Assembly (NCBI GenBank): GCA_040384505.1
Contig: JAZKJB010000292.1
Coordinates: 1 to 34,800, forward strand
From: Bdellovibrionota bacterium
GTDB taxonomy: Bacteria; Bdellovibrionota; Bdellovibrionia; Bdellovibrionales; JAMPXM01
Length of the DNA stretch: 34,800 nt
Reading direction: 5' to 3'
Part shown: one piece after another, positions 24,431 to 32,932 of the stretch
Numbering within the stretch: position 1 is the first letter of the stretch
Layout: every line of letters begins with the position of its first letter
Made by a program: the position numbers and the translations under genes
The notes under the pieces: model-generated
What the model saw: the letters and a program-made list of their open reading frames with translations, nothing else
Database searches by the model: none
What the model was told of the DNA's origin: nothing

Positions 24431-25610
24431 GATTCCATTTTTTCGATGTCGACGCCAAGCGCGCGAGGCCGCGCTCGAAGGCGGCCGTGTGTGAGCGCTG
24501 CGACGGATGCCTGCGATAGCGAAAGAGCCGATGCGGGATGGTTCGAAGTTCGTAACCCATCATGTGCATCCGCAGGAAGAGCTCGAAGTCCTCGAAGAGA
24601 GCAGTGGGATCCTCGTCGAAACCGCCGGCCGCGAGAAACGAGGAGCGCTTGAAGAGACTGGCGGAATCGCCGAACCCGTTCATCTCGATCGATCGTCCGA
24701 CGACCTTACCGATGAACGCGAAATCAGCTCCGCGTTCGATTTTACCGCCGGGCCTTTCGATGAAACTTTCGTAGGCGCAGGAAAAAGCGTCGACCATCGG
24801 AAGTCTCGTGAGCTTCGACCAGGTCTCCATCATCTCGGGAGCGGCGAGATTGTCGTCGTCGAAGAAAACGAGATACGGGGTCGTCGCACGTTTGGCCAAA
24901 AGATTACGAGTCGCGCCCGGTCCCAAGGTCTTTTCACTGGTGAAGATCTCGACGGCCGGTCCCTTGTATTTCGTGAGCCACGAATCGAACTCGGCGCGGC
25001 CACCCGGTTCCGAGGCATCGTCACCGACGAGAATACGAAAATCTCGAAAGGTTTGGCGCTCGAAGGTCTCGAGAGTTTTCTTCAGAAGCTCCCAACGGTC
25101 TTTCGTGGGAATCGCGACCGTGATTGGTGAAGCGGCGAACAACGCGTCGTCGTTCACCCCGACGGTTTCATGGGAGAAGAATTCCACGACGCCAGCGACG
25201 TCGGTCGACTTCATTCCGCTGCACATCGTGAGACCTTCGACGGCCAAGAACCGGTGGGACTTTTCGACAGGCGTCGTGCGCGACGGGCAAACTGCGATCG
25301 ACGTCTTCGCGAAGCCAAGATGACAAAGTTGAACCCTGAGTATCGTGACCGCGAGCTCGGGACAGCCCCAGAACAGGATCTTTTCGAATTTTCGTGACGC
25401 AAAGTACGAGTGCGTGAGGTCGCTGAAGTACATTTCGGCATCGACGTTCACCGGGAACTCTTGGAACGAGAGGGCCTCGATCTCCGCTCTCTTCGCGTCG
25501 ATCTTGAGAGCGAAGACGCGCACGCCGGCAAATCGCTGACGAAGTTCTGCGAGCTCGGCCGACTCGATGTCGGAGGCGTATCTCAAAACGATTGCGAATG
25601 TGCGGCTCAT
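24336..25610 (-). CDS. GT2 family glycosyltransferase with an N-terminal domain of about 175 aa and unknown function
   Basis: ITVAIPTKDRWELLKKTLETFERQT, FRILVGDDASEPG, TRNLLAKRATTPYLVFFDDDNL, FEDFELFLRM. I chose ATG 25610; the track uses TTG 25619. Confidence 0.8.
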   Translation of the reverse strand: MSRTFAIVLRYASDIESAELAELRQRFAGVRVFALKIDAKRAEIEALSFQEFPVNVDAEMYFSDLTHSYFASRKFEKILFWGCPELAVTILRVQLCHLGFAKTSIAVCPSRTTPVEKSHRFLAVEGLTMCSGMKSTDVAGVVEFFSHETVGVNDDALFAASPITVAIPTKDRWELLKKTLETFERQTFRDFRILVGDDASEPGGRAEFDSWLTKYKGPAVEIFTSEKTLGPGATRNLLAKRATTPYLVFFDDDNLAAPEMMETWSKLTRLPMVDAFSCAYESFIERPGGKIERGADFAFIGKVVGRSIEMNGFGDSASLFKRSSFLAAGGFDEDPTALFEDFELFLRMHMMGYELRTIPHRLFRYRRHPSQRSHTAAFERGLARLASTSKKWNLKCGVTKSNQPRLSDFAVGWRDVDHLGPRPQ

Positions 25611-25705
25611 CAGGGCCAACCTTAGCCAGCTTAAGCCATGCGCGCATCCTTATTTTCGGCTCGCAGTTTCCCGCTTTTACAGGCTTTTCTACGATAATTC
25701 CCGCG

Positions 25706-25738
25706 CATTAGCGGTCCAACCATTTGAAACCACTAATG
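25706..25738. repeat. inverted repeat (9/10 match, 13-nt spacer) in the divergent GT2/deacetylase intergenic region
   Basis: CATTAGCGGT (25706-15) and ACCACTAATG (25729-38). Confidence 0.6.
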
Positions 25739-25783
25739 ATCGCAAACCCCATGCGCGAGGCATAGGGCCTGCTCTTTCCCCCT

Positions 25784-27109
25784 ATGAACCTGCAATCCCG
25801 AACGAGTCGAAGGACGCCGCCCATGATCGTTTTCTCCAAGTTGATCGCGCTCGCTGGCGTCACCGTCTCGGTCATCGGCTTGCAAAGTTTCGCTTTCGCG
25901 CACGATCACGCCGCGAATCACTCGCATGTCGACGTCCCCGAAGCCCTCAGACCCGTGCACGAAACGCTGGGCGTGAAGCTCGCGTTCGATTCGCCGTTCT
26001 GCGACTCGAATGGGAACAAAAACATCGAAGACGACGAGCTCAGAATGGACAACCTTTGTCCGAACAAGCCTTCGTTCTTCATTTTCACCATGAAGCCGAT
26101 CGCGGCTCTCGGTTTGCGCCAAGGACAACTGCTTCTCACGATCGACGACGGTCCGAATCCGAAAATCACTCCTCAAATTCTCGATCTCCTCGATGCGTAC
26201 GGAATCAAAGCGACGTTCTTCCTCGTCGGGAGCCTCATTCCTTCGAACGAACCTCTCATTCGCGAGATGGTGCGACGCGGACACACCGTCTCGAACCATA
26301 CCTACACTCACGACGTTCCGCGGATCACTCCGGCGACGATCGTCGGTGAGGTCACGAGAGCCCATCATGCCCTGACGAAGGCGCTCGGCCAGCCGCCGAA
26401 AGGTCGGCTCTTGTTCCGCGCTCCCGGCCTCGGTTGGTCGGCACCGAAAGCGGTGAACCTGAACAACGACGCTCTCACTCGAAACTACATCGGCCCCATT
26501 CATGCGAACCTCGGGACCGACGCTCCCCGCGCCGATTGGGCCTGCTGGTCACAAGGTGTTTCGGCGCAAGCCTGCGCAGGCTATTACTTCCAAGACATCG
26601 TGAATGCGGGTCGCGGAATCGTTCTCACCCATGACATCTATTTCAAGGCGGGCCGCGGGAACACGTTCGAGATGTTGAAAATCCTGTTGAATCGCCTGCA
26701 CGTCGAGGCCGGCGGAATCAAGAACCGCAACGGAAGCGGCTTGTGGGAATTCATGAACGTTCAAAATCTATCGGCACTCGACCAATATGAAACGAACCCC
26801 GCTCCGATTCCCGCGCCGCAACCGGCACGTCGCACGCAAGACGGATATCTCGTGATCGATTCGTTCGCTCGTGCGGACGTTTACATCCGAACCGAGCTTC
26901 TCGCGCGCGAGGGCGCAGTCACTCCGAATTCCCTCATCTCTCTCGGAGCGCGAAATCTCAAGACGAGCGACCTCATCGCCGTCGCCGACCTCGAGAGAGA
27001 AATCGTCGTGGGCGCCGTGAAGTTCAAGAAAGTTCGCATCGAGGAAACGAAGCCGGGCCTCGAGGCGCTGCGTGGTCAGGTCGTCTATGTGTGGACGGCT
27101 GCCTTTTAA
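25784..27109 (+). CDS. secreted polysaccharide deacetylase (CE4 / NodB homology domain) with a C-terminal extra domain of about 110 aa
   Basis: LLLTIDDGPNPKITPQILDLLDAYGIKATFFLVGS...MVRRGHTVSNHTYTHD, LFRAPGLGWS. Signal-like MIVFSKLIALAGVTVSVIGLQSFAFA. The alternative start ATG 25823 has a better RBS (GAAGGA), whereas 25784 adds an RTSRR n-region. Confidence 0.85.
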   Translation: MNLQSRTSRRTPPMIVFSKLIALAGVTVSVIGLQSFAFAHDHAANHSHVDVPEALRPVHETLGVKLAFDSPFCDSNGNKNIEDDELRMDNLCPNKPSFFIFTMKPIAALGLRQGQLLLTIDDGPNPKITPQILDLLDAYGIKATFFLVGSLIPSNEPLIREMVRRGHTVSNHTYTHDVPRITPATIVGEVTRAHHALTKALGQPPKGRLLFRAPGLGWSAPKAVNLNNDALTRNYIGPIHANLGTDAPRADWACWSQGVSAQACAGYYFQDIVNAGRGIVLTHDIYFKAGRGNTFEMLKILLNRLHVEAGGIKNRNGSGLWEFMNVQNLSALDQYETNPAPIPAPQPARRTQDGYLVIDSFARADVYIRTELLAREGAVTPNSLISLGARNLKTSDLIAVADLEREIVVGAVKFKKVRIEETKPGLEALRGQVVYVWTAAF

Positions 27110-27116
27110 AAAGTTT

Positions 27117-27144
27117 TTGAGTTCGTTCAGAAATATTGAGTTCG
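27117..27144 (+). repeat. 9-bp direct repeat TTGAGTTCG x2 (19-bp period) upstream of the Cys-rich repeat protein gene
   Basis: Copies at 27117-27125 and 27136-27144. The ATG is at 27167, with AAAGGAG RBS at 27154-27160. Confidence 0.6.
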
Positions 27145-27166
27145 AAATTAACCAAAGGAGTTCTCG

Positions 27167-27715
27167 ATGATCCGTAATCTCATGCTCGGCCTCGTGGCCG
27201 TGACGTCCCTCTGTACGACCGTGACCGCGCAAGCCCAGCGCTATCCCGCACCGCCGCGTCCGCGTGAAGTGCGACTCGAGCGAGGCGAAACCATTCGCGC
27301 CATCAGCGCACGTACCGGTGAAGACATTCGTGTCACGTGCGACGGTCGTGGCGGCCCAGGCCCTGGCCCTGGTCCCGGCTATCCGCAGCCCGGCCCGGCT
27401 CGCGCAGCTTGCGTCGTGAAGTACAACGCTCCGAGTGCCTGCGGTCTCTATACGATCTTCGCGAACAATGCACCGATCACGGGCTGCATCGGCTCGATCG
27501 ACCAAGTCATCTTGAAAGTTCAAGAGCTCGATCAGGCCGGCATCTGCGAAACGAACCGTATCGCTCCCGCTTGCGAGCTGAAGTACAACGCTCCGAGCGC
27601 GTGTGGCCTCTACACGGTCTTCGCCGCTGGCCAAGCCGTCACGGGTTGCATCGGTTCGACGCAGGAAGCGACGAAGCAAATGGAAAAGCTCCGCACAGCC
27701 GGCGCTTGTTACTGA
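27167..27715 (+). CDS. secreted Cys-rich protein with a (Gly-Pro)n linker and two tandem repeats of about 47 aa; no family recognised
   Basis: Strong RBS. Signal peptide MIRNLMLGLVAVTSLCTTVTAQA|QR. Linker GRGGPGPGPGPGYPQPGP. Repeat 1 is ACVVKYNAPSACGLYTIFANNAPITGCIGSIDQVILKVQELDQAGIC and repeat 2 is ACELKYNAPSACGLYTVFAAGQAVTGCIGSTQEATKQMEKLRTAGAC. A clean terminator follows. Confidence 0.75.
   Translation: MIRNLMLGLVAVTSLCTTVTAQAQRYPAPPRPREVRLERGETIRAISARTGEDIRVTCDGRGGPGPGPGPGYPQPGPARAACVVKYNAPSACGLYTIFANNAPITGCIGSIDQVILKVQELDQAGICETNRIAPACELKYNAPSACGLYTVFAAGQAVTGCIGSTQEATKQMEKLRTAGACY
27407..27712 (+). repeat. intragenic tandem duplication, 162-bp period (27407-27568 and 27569-27712)
   Basis: The nucleotide blocks gaagtacaacgctccgag(t/c)gc(c/g)tg(c/t)gg(t/c)ctcta(t/c)acg(a/g)tcttcgc recur 162 bp apart. 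Confidence 0.8.
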
Positions 27716-27744
27716 GTCATCGAATTGAAATAGAAGATCTTCGG

Positions 27745-27770
27745 AGGCCGGTTCACACCGGCCTTTTTCG
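27745..27770. terminator. rho-independent terminator between convergent genes; T-tract on the + side
   Basis: AGGCCGG(27745-51)-ttcaca-CCGGCCT(27758-64), followed by TTTTTCGTTTC. Confidence 0.75.
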
Positions 27771-27779
27771 TTTCGAAAT

Positions 27780-28508
27780 TTACTGGGCGTCGAGCGCGGC
27801 TTGCGCGAGAGAACGCAAGCGAGCCCACGCAGGAGAGTCGAAGTCCTTGGAAACGTCGTTCTCCTCGAGCTCCTGCCTCCGTGAATCGATTTCCGCCACG
27901 AGCGAAGAGATCGCTGCGACTTGCGCAGCACGCAAACCATACTCGGAAGGTTCGTTTCCAGCACGCAGGAGGAGAAAGTCGATTCCGCCGCGCAGATTCG
28001 TGAGCGCGAATGGCACCCTGAGTTTCTCTTGCTCGGAAATCGAGTCCGAAGTGGCAAGCGTTCGAATGTTCTCGAACGCCCGCTGCTTGATCCCAGCAGA
28101 CGTTTCCGAAAACGTAGCCTCGTCGTTTCGAGTTTTTTGTGTGGCACCACCGTTCGCGAGCGCGACCGGCACGAGCGCGAACCAATAGACCGCGAAGAGA
28201 ACGACGATCGTCATCGCAGCGCTTACGCCGACAGCGATGGAAGTCGGGACGATTCGAGCGAACTCGAAAAACCCCAGAACTAGAACCAAGAATACGAGCG
28301 GCATGGCGACCGAGAAACCGATCGCGATCGGCCAGCTCGAGTCGCCAAAAGCACCAGCGAAAGTCGGACTCCAGAACTGCCGCAGGATCCGATCGAAACC
28401 TTCCATCAAAAGAAACCCAGGAAGTCCCATGAGAGGAAAAAACCCGAGCGCCGACAGAGCGACTGCCGAACCGATCCACCATTTGTAAACCTGAACTAGC
28501 TTCATCAT
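27780..28508 (-). CDS. hypothetical membrane protein (4 predicted TM helices plus a C-terminal helical soluble region)
   Basis: WIGSAVALSALGFFPLMGLPGFLL, WPIAIGFSVAMPLVFLVLVLGFF, IAVGVSAAMTIVVLFAVYWFALVPVAL. The competing ORFs 27709..28482 and 27337..28188 are R-rich and do not look protein-like. It starts 19 nt after the tRNA 3' end. Confidence 0.6.
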   Translation of the reverse strand: MMKLVQVYKWWIGSAVALSALGFFPLMGLPGFLLMEGFDRILRQFWSPTFAGAFGDSSWPIAIGFSVAMPLVFLVLVLGFFEFARIVPTSIAVGVSAAMTIVVLFAVYWFALVPVALANGGATQKTRNDEATFSETSAGIKQRAFENIRTLATSDSISEQEKLRVPFALTNLRGGIDFLLLRAGNEPSEYGLRAAQVAAISSLVAEIDSRRQELEENDVSKDFDSPAWARLRSLAQAALDAQ

Positions 28509-28526
28509 ATGGACCTAAGCTCGAAG

Positions 28527-28600
28527 TAGGGGCTGCAGGACTCGAACCTGCGATCCTCCGGTTATGAGCCGGACGCTTTAACCAGCTAAGCTAAACCCCC
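28527..28600 (-). tRNA. tRNA with CAU anticodon (elongator Met, or Ile2 if lysidine-modified); CCA not encoded
   Basis: Minus strand folds as GGGGGTT TA GCTT AGCTGGTTA AAGC G TCCGG CTCATAA CCGGA GGATC GCAGG TTCGAGT CCTGC AGCCCCT A, a 74-nt cloverleaf. It is not initiator-like: no C1xA72 mismatch and no GGG/CCC in the anticodon stem. Confidence 0.9.
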
Positions 28601-28657
28601 ATAAGTCGGTTCATCTTAGCGTCGGTCTCGGGAATATTGAAAACGAAAAGCCATGCA

Positions 28658-30805
28658 TCAACGGAGTTCGATACGAGTGCCCGCGAGCTTTCGTGCCCTT
28701 TGACCCTTGACCACTTCTCCCGAGGGAGAGACCACGAGAATCGCGTCAGGATTCTCGCAGTGAAGACTTGCATGGAAGGTCATCGGAGCAAGGAGACCCA
28801 TTCGCCCCGACGTGTGGCCGACCGAGCTCGCCAGAGGCCATGTCCGGCGTCGTCGTCCGCAGTCCACCATGAGTCTGAGTTGATCGAAGCGCACGACGGC
28901 TCTCGGATTGATCGCAGGATCGGGTACGGCAAGCGGCGCGCCGACGATCTTCAACTCGAAGTCCATTCCTCGAAGTTCACCGAGAAAATGAACGTCACAC
29001 TGAGCCGAGGGACCGTTGCAAGCCGAATATCGGGCCGAATATCGAGGCTTCGCGTCGATACGTTCGGGAGGTCGATAGGAATTGCCGACGTTGTTCCAGA
29101 GAGGTCGAAATCCGGCACCGCGGTAAAAGCAGAGCTCGTAGTTCCCGGCTTTTACGCTGCTCGTACAGACGATCGCACCTGTCGCTTCGGCCGTCCGGAG
29201 GGGCTCCGGAATCCCCAAGATTCCATTCAGCTCCAACTTCAAATGACCGATCTTCGAGATTTCGTAAATCGCGAGGACGCCATCGATTTGCTCGCGCGGT
29301 TCACCCGCATTCGAGTCGAATTCGGAATAGATCCACTCGAAGTCGGTTTCCGTTTCGACTCCTGTGATGAAGAGTCGCGGACGGAGCCGGTCGTAATCCC
29401 ATCCCGTTCGAGATTTGATCTCTGCGAGTGCAAGTCGAAGGTCATGGACGGACGCCGTCGTTCTCGAGGTGATCGAGAGGTGATGATCTTTCCAGCCGAG
29501 GTATAAGACGAAATTCCCTATGCAAACCGCCAAAAGTGAAGCGGAAACGAACCGGTGGGCGCGGCCTGCCAAAGTGAAGCGATAGATCGGAATCGTCAAA
29601 ACGCCCAGGAACAAAAGGACTGCGATCATCTCCTCGTCGAGGCGAAGTCCGTTCCTCACGACTGAAAATGAACGGATGGCGAAAAAACAAACGGCGGTCG
29701 CGAGCCAAACTCGAAGCCAGCGCTCGGATCGGCTCAAGCTTTCGCCGACGACGACAGCGCCGATCACGATGAGGCAGAGGAAAAACGGTTCGACGTAGCG
29801 CAACTTTGCTCCCGTCACCTTCAACCAAAGTGGCAGGGTGAAGACGAACGTCAGAACGATGAAGCCCGGTAACGACCGGTTCCCTGTTTTGCTGAAGAGC
29901 CTTGTGAACATCCACGCGCCGAGACACGGGAGCCAAAACAGATCGTTCATGAAAAATTCGAGCAATTCCAGTGGCGCAGTCTCGGAGGAGAGGTTTCCCC
30001 TTTCGAAGAGGGCTCGTAGCGCCTCCGTCACGGACGGTGCTCCCGAGTCCACGACCGATCTCCACACGAAGTAAGGCAAAAGCGGAAGGAGCGTCGAAAT
30101 CGACAATACAGCGAGCGAACGAAGACGCTCTTTAGCGCTGGCCGCTCTTTCGAAAGCGATCCAAGCGAAAGCGCCGAACAAAAACAAGAGCTGCGTCAGA
30201 TGAATTTGGAGCGATAGCCCGAGGAGTACGCCCGCGACCGCCAGCCGCGAGGAGGAAACCGGTCGATCGCACCACAGTGCTCCGATGATGAGAACCTGAA
30301 AGAGAAACAAGTAGGAGGGATTCCAGAACGTATGGAGGCTCGCAATGACGATCAAACTATTCAGAAATAGAACGAACGAAACTAGTGCGGCGAACTGCGA
30401 AATCCTACGCTCGAAGATTTCGAAGAGCGCGACGGCCGCGACAGCTGCCAAAAGGCATTCGAAAACCAACGCCGAAACCCACGTTTTCCCCAGCGCCAGA
30501 GGAATCGCCAGCAACCAGTAGTAGAAAGGACCGGGCGCATGTCCCCCGCCCGTCAGCTCGGGCCCGTGCCAAATGAACTCGCCGGAGAGCAGTCGAGCGG
30601 CACGACCGAGATCGCGCGCCTGATAAAGATCCGGAATGACATCAGAGACGACCAAGCCCTGGAAAAACGAAAAGGCGAAAGCGAAGAGCGAAAAATATTT
30701 CGCGAACAGGAGGCCGAACTTGAGAAACTTCAACGAGGCTCCAAATGAAAAGGCCAGCGCGAGGCTGGCCTTCTGCGTTTCACGAAATGTGAGCCGTACG
30801 CTCAC
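28658..30805 (-). CDS. GT-C fold membrane glycosyltransferase-like protein (ArnT/PMT_2-like) with a C-terminal soluble domain of about 250 aa
   Basis: Has 12 or more hydrophobic helices. First-loop [14 protein letters not shown] and [14 protein letters not shown] are typical of PMT_2/GT39/GT83-type enzymes. The GTG start at 30805 overlaps the rpoD stop (GTGA). Confidence 0.75.
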   Translation of the reverse strand: MSVRLTFRETQKASLALAFSFGASLKFLKFGLLFAKYFSLFAFAFSFFQGLVVSDVIPDLYQARDLGRAARLLSGEFIWHGPELTGGGHAPGPFYYWLLAIPLALGKTWVSALVFECLLAAVAAVALFEIFERRISQFAALVSFVLFLNSLIVIASLHTFWNPSYLFLFQVLIIGALWCDRPVSSSRLAVAGVLLGLSLQIHLTQLLFLFGAFAWIAFERAASAKERLRSLAVLSISTLLPLLPYFVWRSVVDSGAPSVTEALRALFERGNLSSETAPLELLEFFMNDLFWLPCLGAWMFTRLFSKTGNRSLPGFIVLTFVFTLPLWLKVTGAKLRYVEPFFLCLIVIGAVVVGESLSRSERWLRVWLATAVCFFAIRSFSVVRNGLRLDEEMIAVLLFLGVLTIPIYRFTLAGRAHRFVSASLLAVCIGNFVLYLGWKDHHLSITSRTTASVHDLRLALAEIKSRTGWDYDRLRPRLFITGVETETDFEWIYSEFDSNAGEPREQIDGVLAIYEISKIGHLKLELNGILGIPEPLRTAEATGAIVCTSSVKAGNYELCFYRGAGFRPLWNNVGNSYRPPERIDAKPRYSARYSACNGPSAQCDVHFLGELRGMDFELKIVGAPLAVPDPAINPRAVVRFDQLRLMVDCGRRRRTWPLASSVGHTSGRMGLLAPMTFHASLHCENPDAILVVSPSGEVVKGQRARKLAGTRIELR

Positions 30806-32634
30806 TCCATGAACGTCTTGAGTTTATTGGAGCGCGACGGATGGCGCAACTTGCGAAGCGCCTTCGCTTCGATCTGACGGATCCGCTCACGCGTGACGTT
30901 GAAATCTTGTCCGACTTCTTCGAGCGTGTGATCGGACTCTTCGCCGATTCCGAAGCGCATACGCAGGACTTTTTCTTCGCGAGGAGTGAGCGTCGCGAGA
31001 ACGCGGCGGGTTTGTTCCGCCAGGTTCAAGTTCACGATCGCTTCCGAAGGATTGATGACCTTCTTGTCCTCGATGAAGTCGCCCAAGTGCGAATCTTCCT
31101 CTTCACCCACCGGTGTCTCGAGAGAGATCGGCTCTTTCGCGATCTTAAGGACCTTGCGGACCTTGTCGACCGGCATGTCCATCTTCTCCGCGATCTCTTC
31201 CGGCATCGGCTCACGGCCGAGCTCCTGGACGAGGTAACGCGAAGTACGAACGAGCTTGTTGATCGTCTCGATCATGTGGACCGGGATACGAATCGTACGA
31301 GCTTGGTCGGCGATCGCACGCGTGATGGCCTGACGGATCCACCAGGTGGCATAGGTCGAGAACTTGTAACCGCGGCGATACTCGAACTTGTCGACGGCTT
31401 TCATCAAACCGATGTTGCCCTCCTGGATGAGATCCAAGAATTGCAGACCGCGGTTCGTGTACTTCTTCGCGATCGAGACGACGAGGCGCAAGTTCGCTTC
31501 GACCAACTCCGCTTTCGCGGCATCGGCTTCGCGCTCACCTTTCCAGATGGCGGTGTACGTGTCGCGAACCCAGTTGAAGTTCATTTCGGTTTCGTCGTGG
31601 AGGCGCTTGATGCGCTTCTCGGCGTCGACCGCTTGCACGTAATAAACGCGGAACTTCTGGAACGAGAGCCCCGTGTCCTTCGTCATACGCGCGAGCTCTT
31701 TCTCGCCGCTCTCGACGAGCTTGTAGCGAGCGGTGAGCGCGTCGATGTCTTTCGAGAACGTGCGCTCGAGACCTTCTTTGTAACGACGGCGGAGGATCGA
31801 CATTCGGTTCACCAAGTTTTTGAACTTGATGACGATGCGGTTGATCGTCTTCCGGTTGAAGTTGATCGACTCGAAGTGCGCCATGACTTCGTTGTTGATC
31901 TCCATCAACGCCTTTTCGTTCTCTTGCTTCACCTTGATGTTCAGGCCTTCTTGACGAAGAGCTTCGAAATACTTCGCGGCTTTCTTCTTGTAGTTCTGAA
32001 CGTGGTTGATGAGCTCGTGAACTTTGTCGATGTACTCTTGCTCGTTGTACTGCGTCTCTTCGTCTTCGAGTCCGCGGAAGATCGCTTTGACCTTGATGCG
32101 GCCTTGATCGAGACGCGTGCCGAGTTGGATGATCTCGTCGGTTCCGATCGGCGAGAGCAAGATCGCCTTCACGATCTCGCGCTCCCCTTTTTCGATTCGA
32201 CGCGCGATCTCGACTTCGCCTTCGCGAGTGAGCAGCGAAACGCTACCCATCTTGCGCAGGTAAAGGCGAACGGGGTCGTTCCCCTTCGCGTCTTCCTCAC
32301 CCGGTTTGTCTTCGTCGTCGTCGTCCTCTTCCTCTTCTTTCGAAGGATCCGCGAGGAACGTTCCGGCTTCGCCTTCTTCTTCTTTTTTCGCGGCGAGCTC
32401 GGTGATGATCACACCGCCGACCTCGAGCGCTTGCATGAAGGAGTCGAGCACGGTGGCGTCGAGAATTTCGGCGGGCAACAAATCGTTGATCTCCTCGATC
32501 GTGAGGAAACCTTTGTCGCGCGCGAGCTTGGTGAACCGAAGAATTTCTTCTTTGATCGCTTCAGCTTGTTCCGCGACGGTGAGCTCTTTGGGAGCCGTGA
32601 TTGTCGCGGGAGTATCTTGCGTGGTCGTTGCCAT
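30802..32634 (-). CDS. rpoD: RNA polymerase primary sigma factor (sigma-70)
   Basis: [25 protein letters not shown] (region 1.2), acidic spacer, [75 protein letters not shown] (region 2), [33 protein letters not shown] (region 4.2). Confidence 0.97.
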   Translation of the reverse strand: MATTTQDTPATITAPKELTVAEQAEAIKEEILRFTKLARDKGFLTIEEINDLLPAEILDATVLDSFMQALEVGGVIITELAAKKEEEGEAGTFLADPSKEEEEDDDDEDKPGEEDAKGNDPVRLYLRKMGSVSLLTREGEVEIARRIEKGEREIVKAILLSPIGTDEIIQLGTRLDQGRIKVKAIFRGLEDEETQYNEQEYIDKVHELINHVQNYKKKAAKYFEALRQEGLNIKVKQENEKALMEINNEVMAHFESINFNRKTINRIVIKFKNLVNRMSILRRRYKEGLERTFSKDIDALTARYKLVESGEKELARMTKDTGLSFQKFRVYYVQAVDAEKRIKRLHDETEMNFNWVRDTYTAIWKGEREADAAKAELVEANLRLVVSIAKKYTNRGLQFLDLIQEGNIGLMKAVDKFEYRRGYKFSTYATWWIRQAITRAIADQARTIRIPVHMIETINKLVRTSRYLVQELGREPMPEEIAEKMDMPVDKVRKVLKIAKEPISLETPVGEEEDSHLGDFIEDKKVINPSEAIVNLNLAEQTRRVLATLTPREEKVLRMRFGIGEESDHTLEEVGQDFNVTRERIRQIEAKALRKLRHPSRSNKLKTFME

Positions 32635-32932
32635 TAAATCTCCGAATTCAGATCAAAAAGTTCGTAAGGATCAATATTTATTCCAGATGAGCGCGTCCGT
32701 GGTGACGGACGACAGCGGGACCGACGACTTCGTTCATGACTCTCATGAATCAAATTCCTTCATAAGTAACCGATCGCCAGTGATCGGGGGGCCGCTGCGA
32801 AACTGCCAAATTAACAAACAGCTTCGCGCCTTGTCTATCTCTGAAGCCGCGAAATGATTCGGTTTCTTTCAATATCCGAAGCATCGTTTTCAACTTCTAA
32901 AATGCAAAATCGTGCCAACTCTCGAGCGGGAT

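Noticed and set aside
26768-28188. ORFs 26768..28150 (-, 460 aa), 27337..28188 (+, 283 aa) and 27709..28482 (-, 257 aa)
   Set aside because: They are R/S-rich with no motifs and run through a strong intergenic terminator (27745-27770). The region is better explained by the deacetylase, the Cys-rich repeat protein and the TM-rich ORF 27780..28508.
30841-32637. 598-aa ORF antisense to the entire rpoD gene
   Set aside because: It is in codon-register antisense to rpoD. Its composition is L/R/D/V/F-rich with no motifs. It is explained by the absence of TTA/CTA/TCA codons in rpoD. Its length is striking, but it is not evidence of a gene.
32646-32674. Sigma-70-like promoter for rpoD: TTGATC (32669-74), 17-bp spacer, CTGAAT (32646-51) on the minus strand
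   Set aside because: The -10 is weak (3/6). The predicted TSS would fall at or inside the GGAG RBS, only about 5 nt before the ATG, so it is inconsistent with the use of that RBS.
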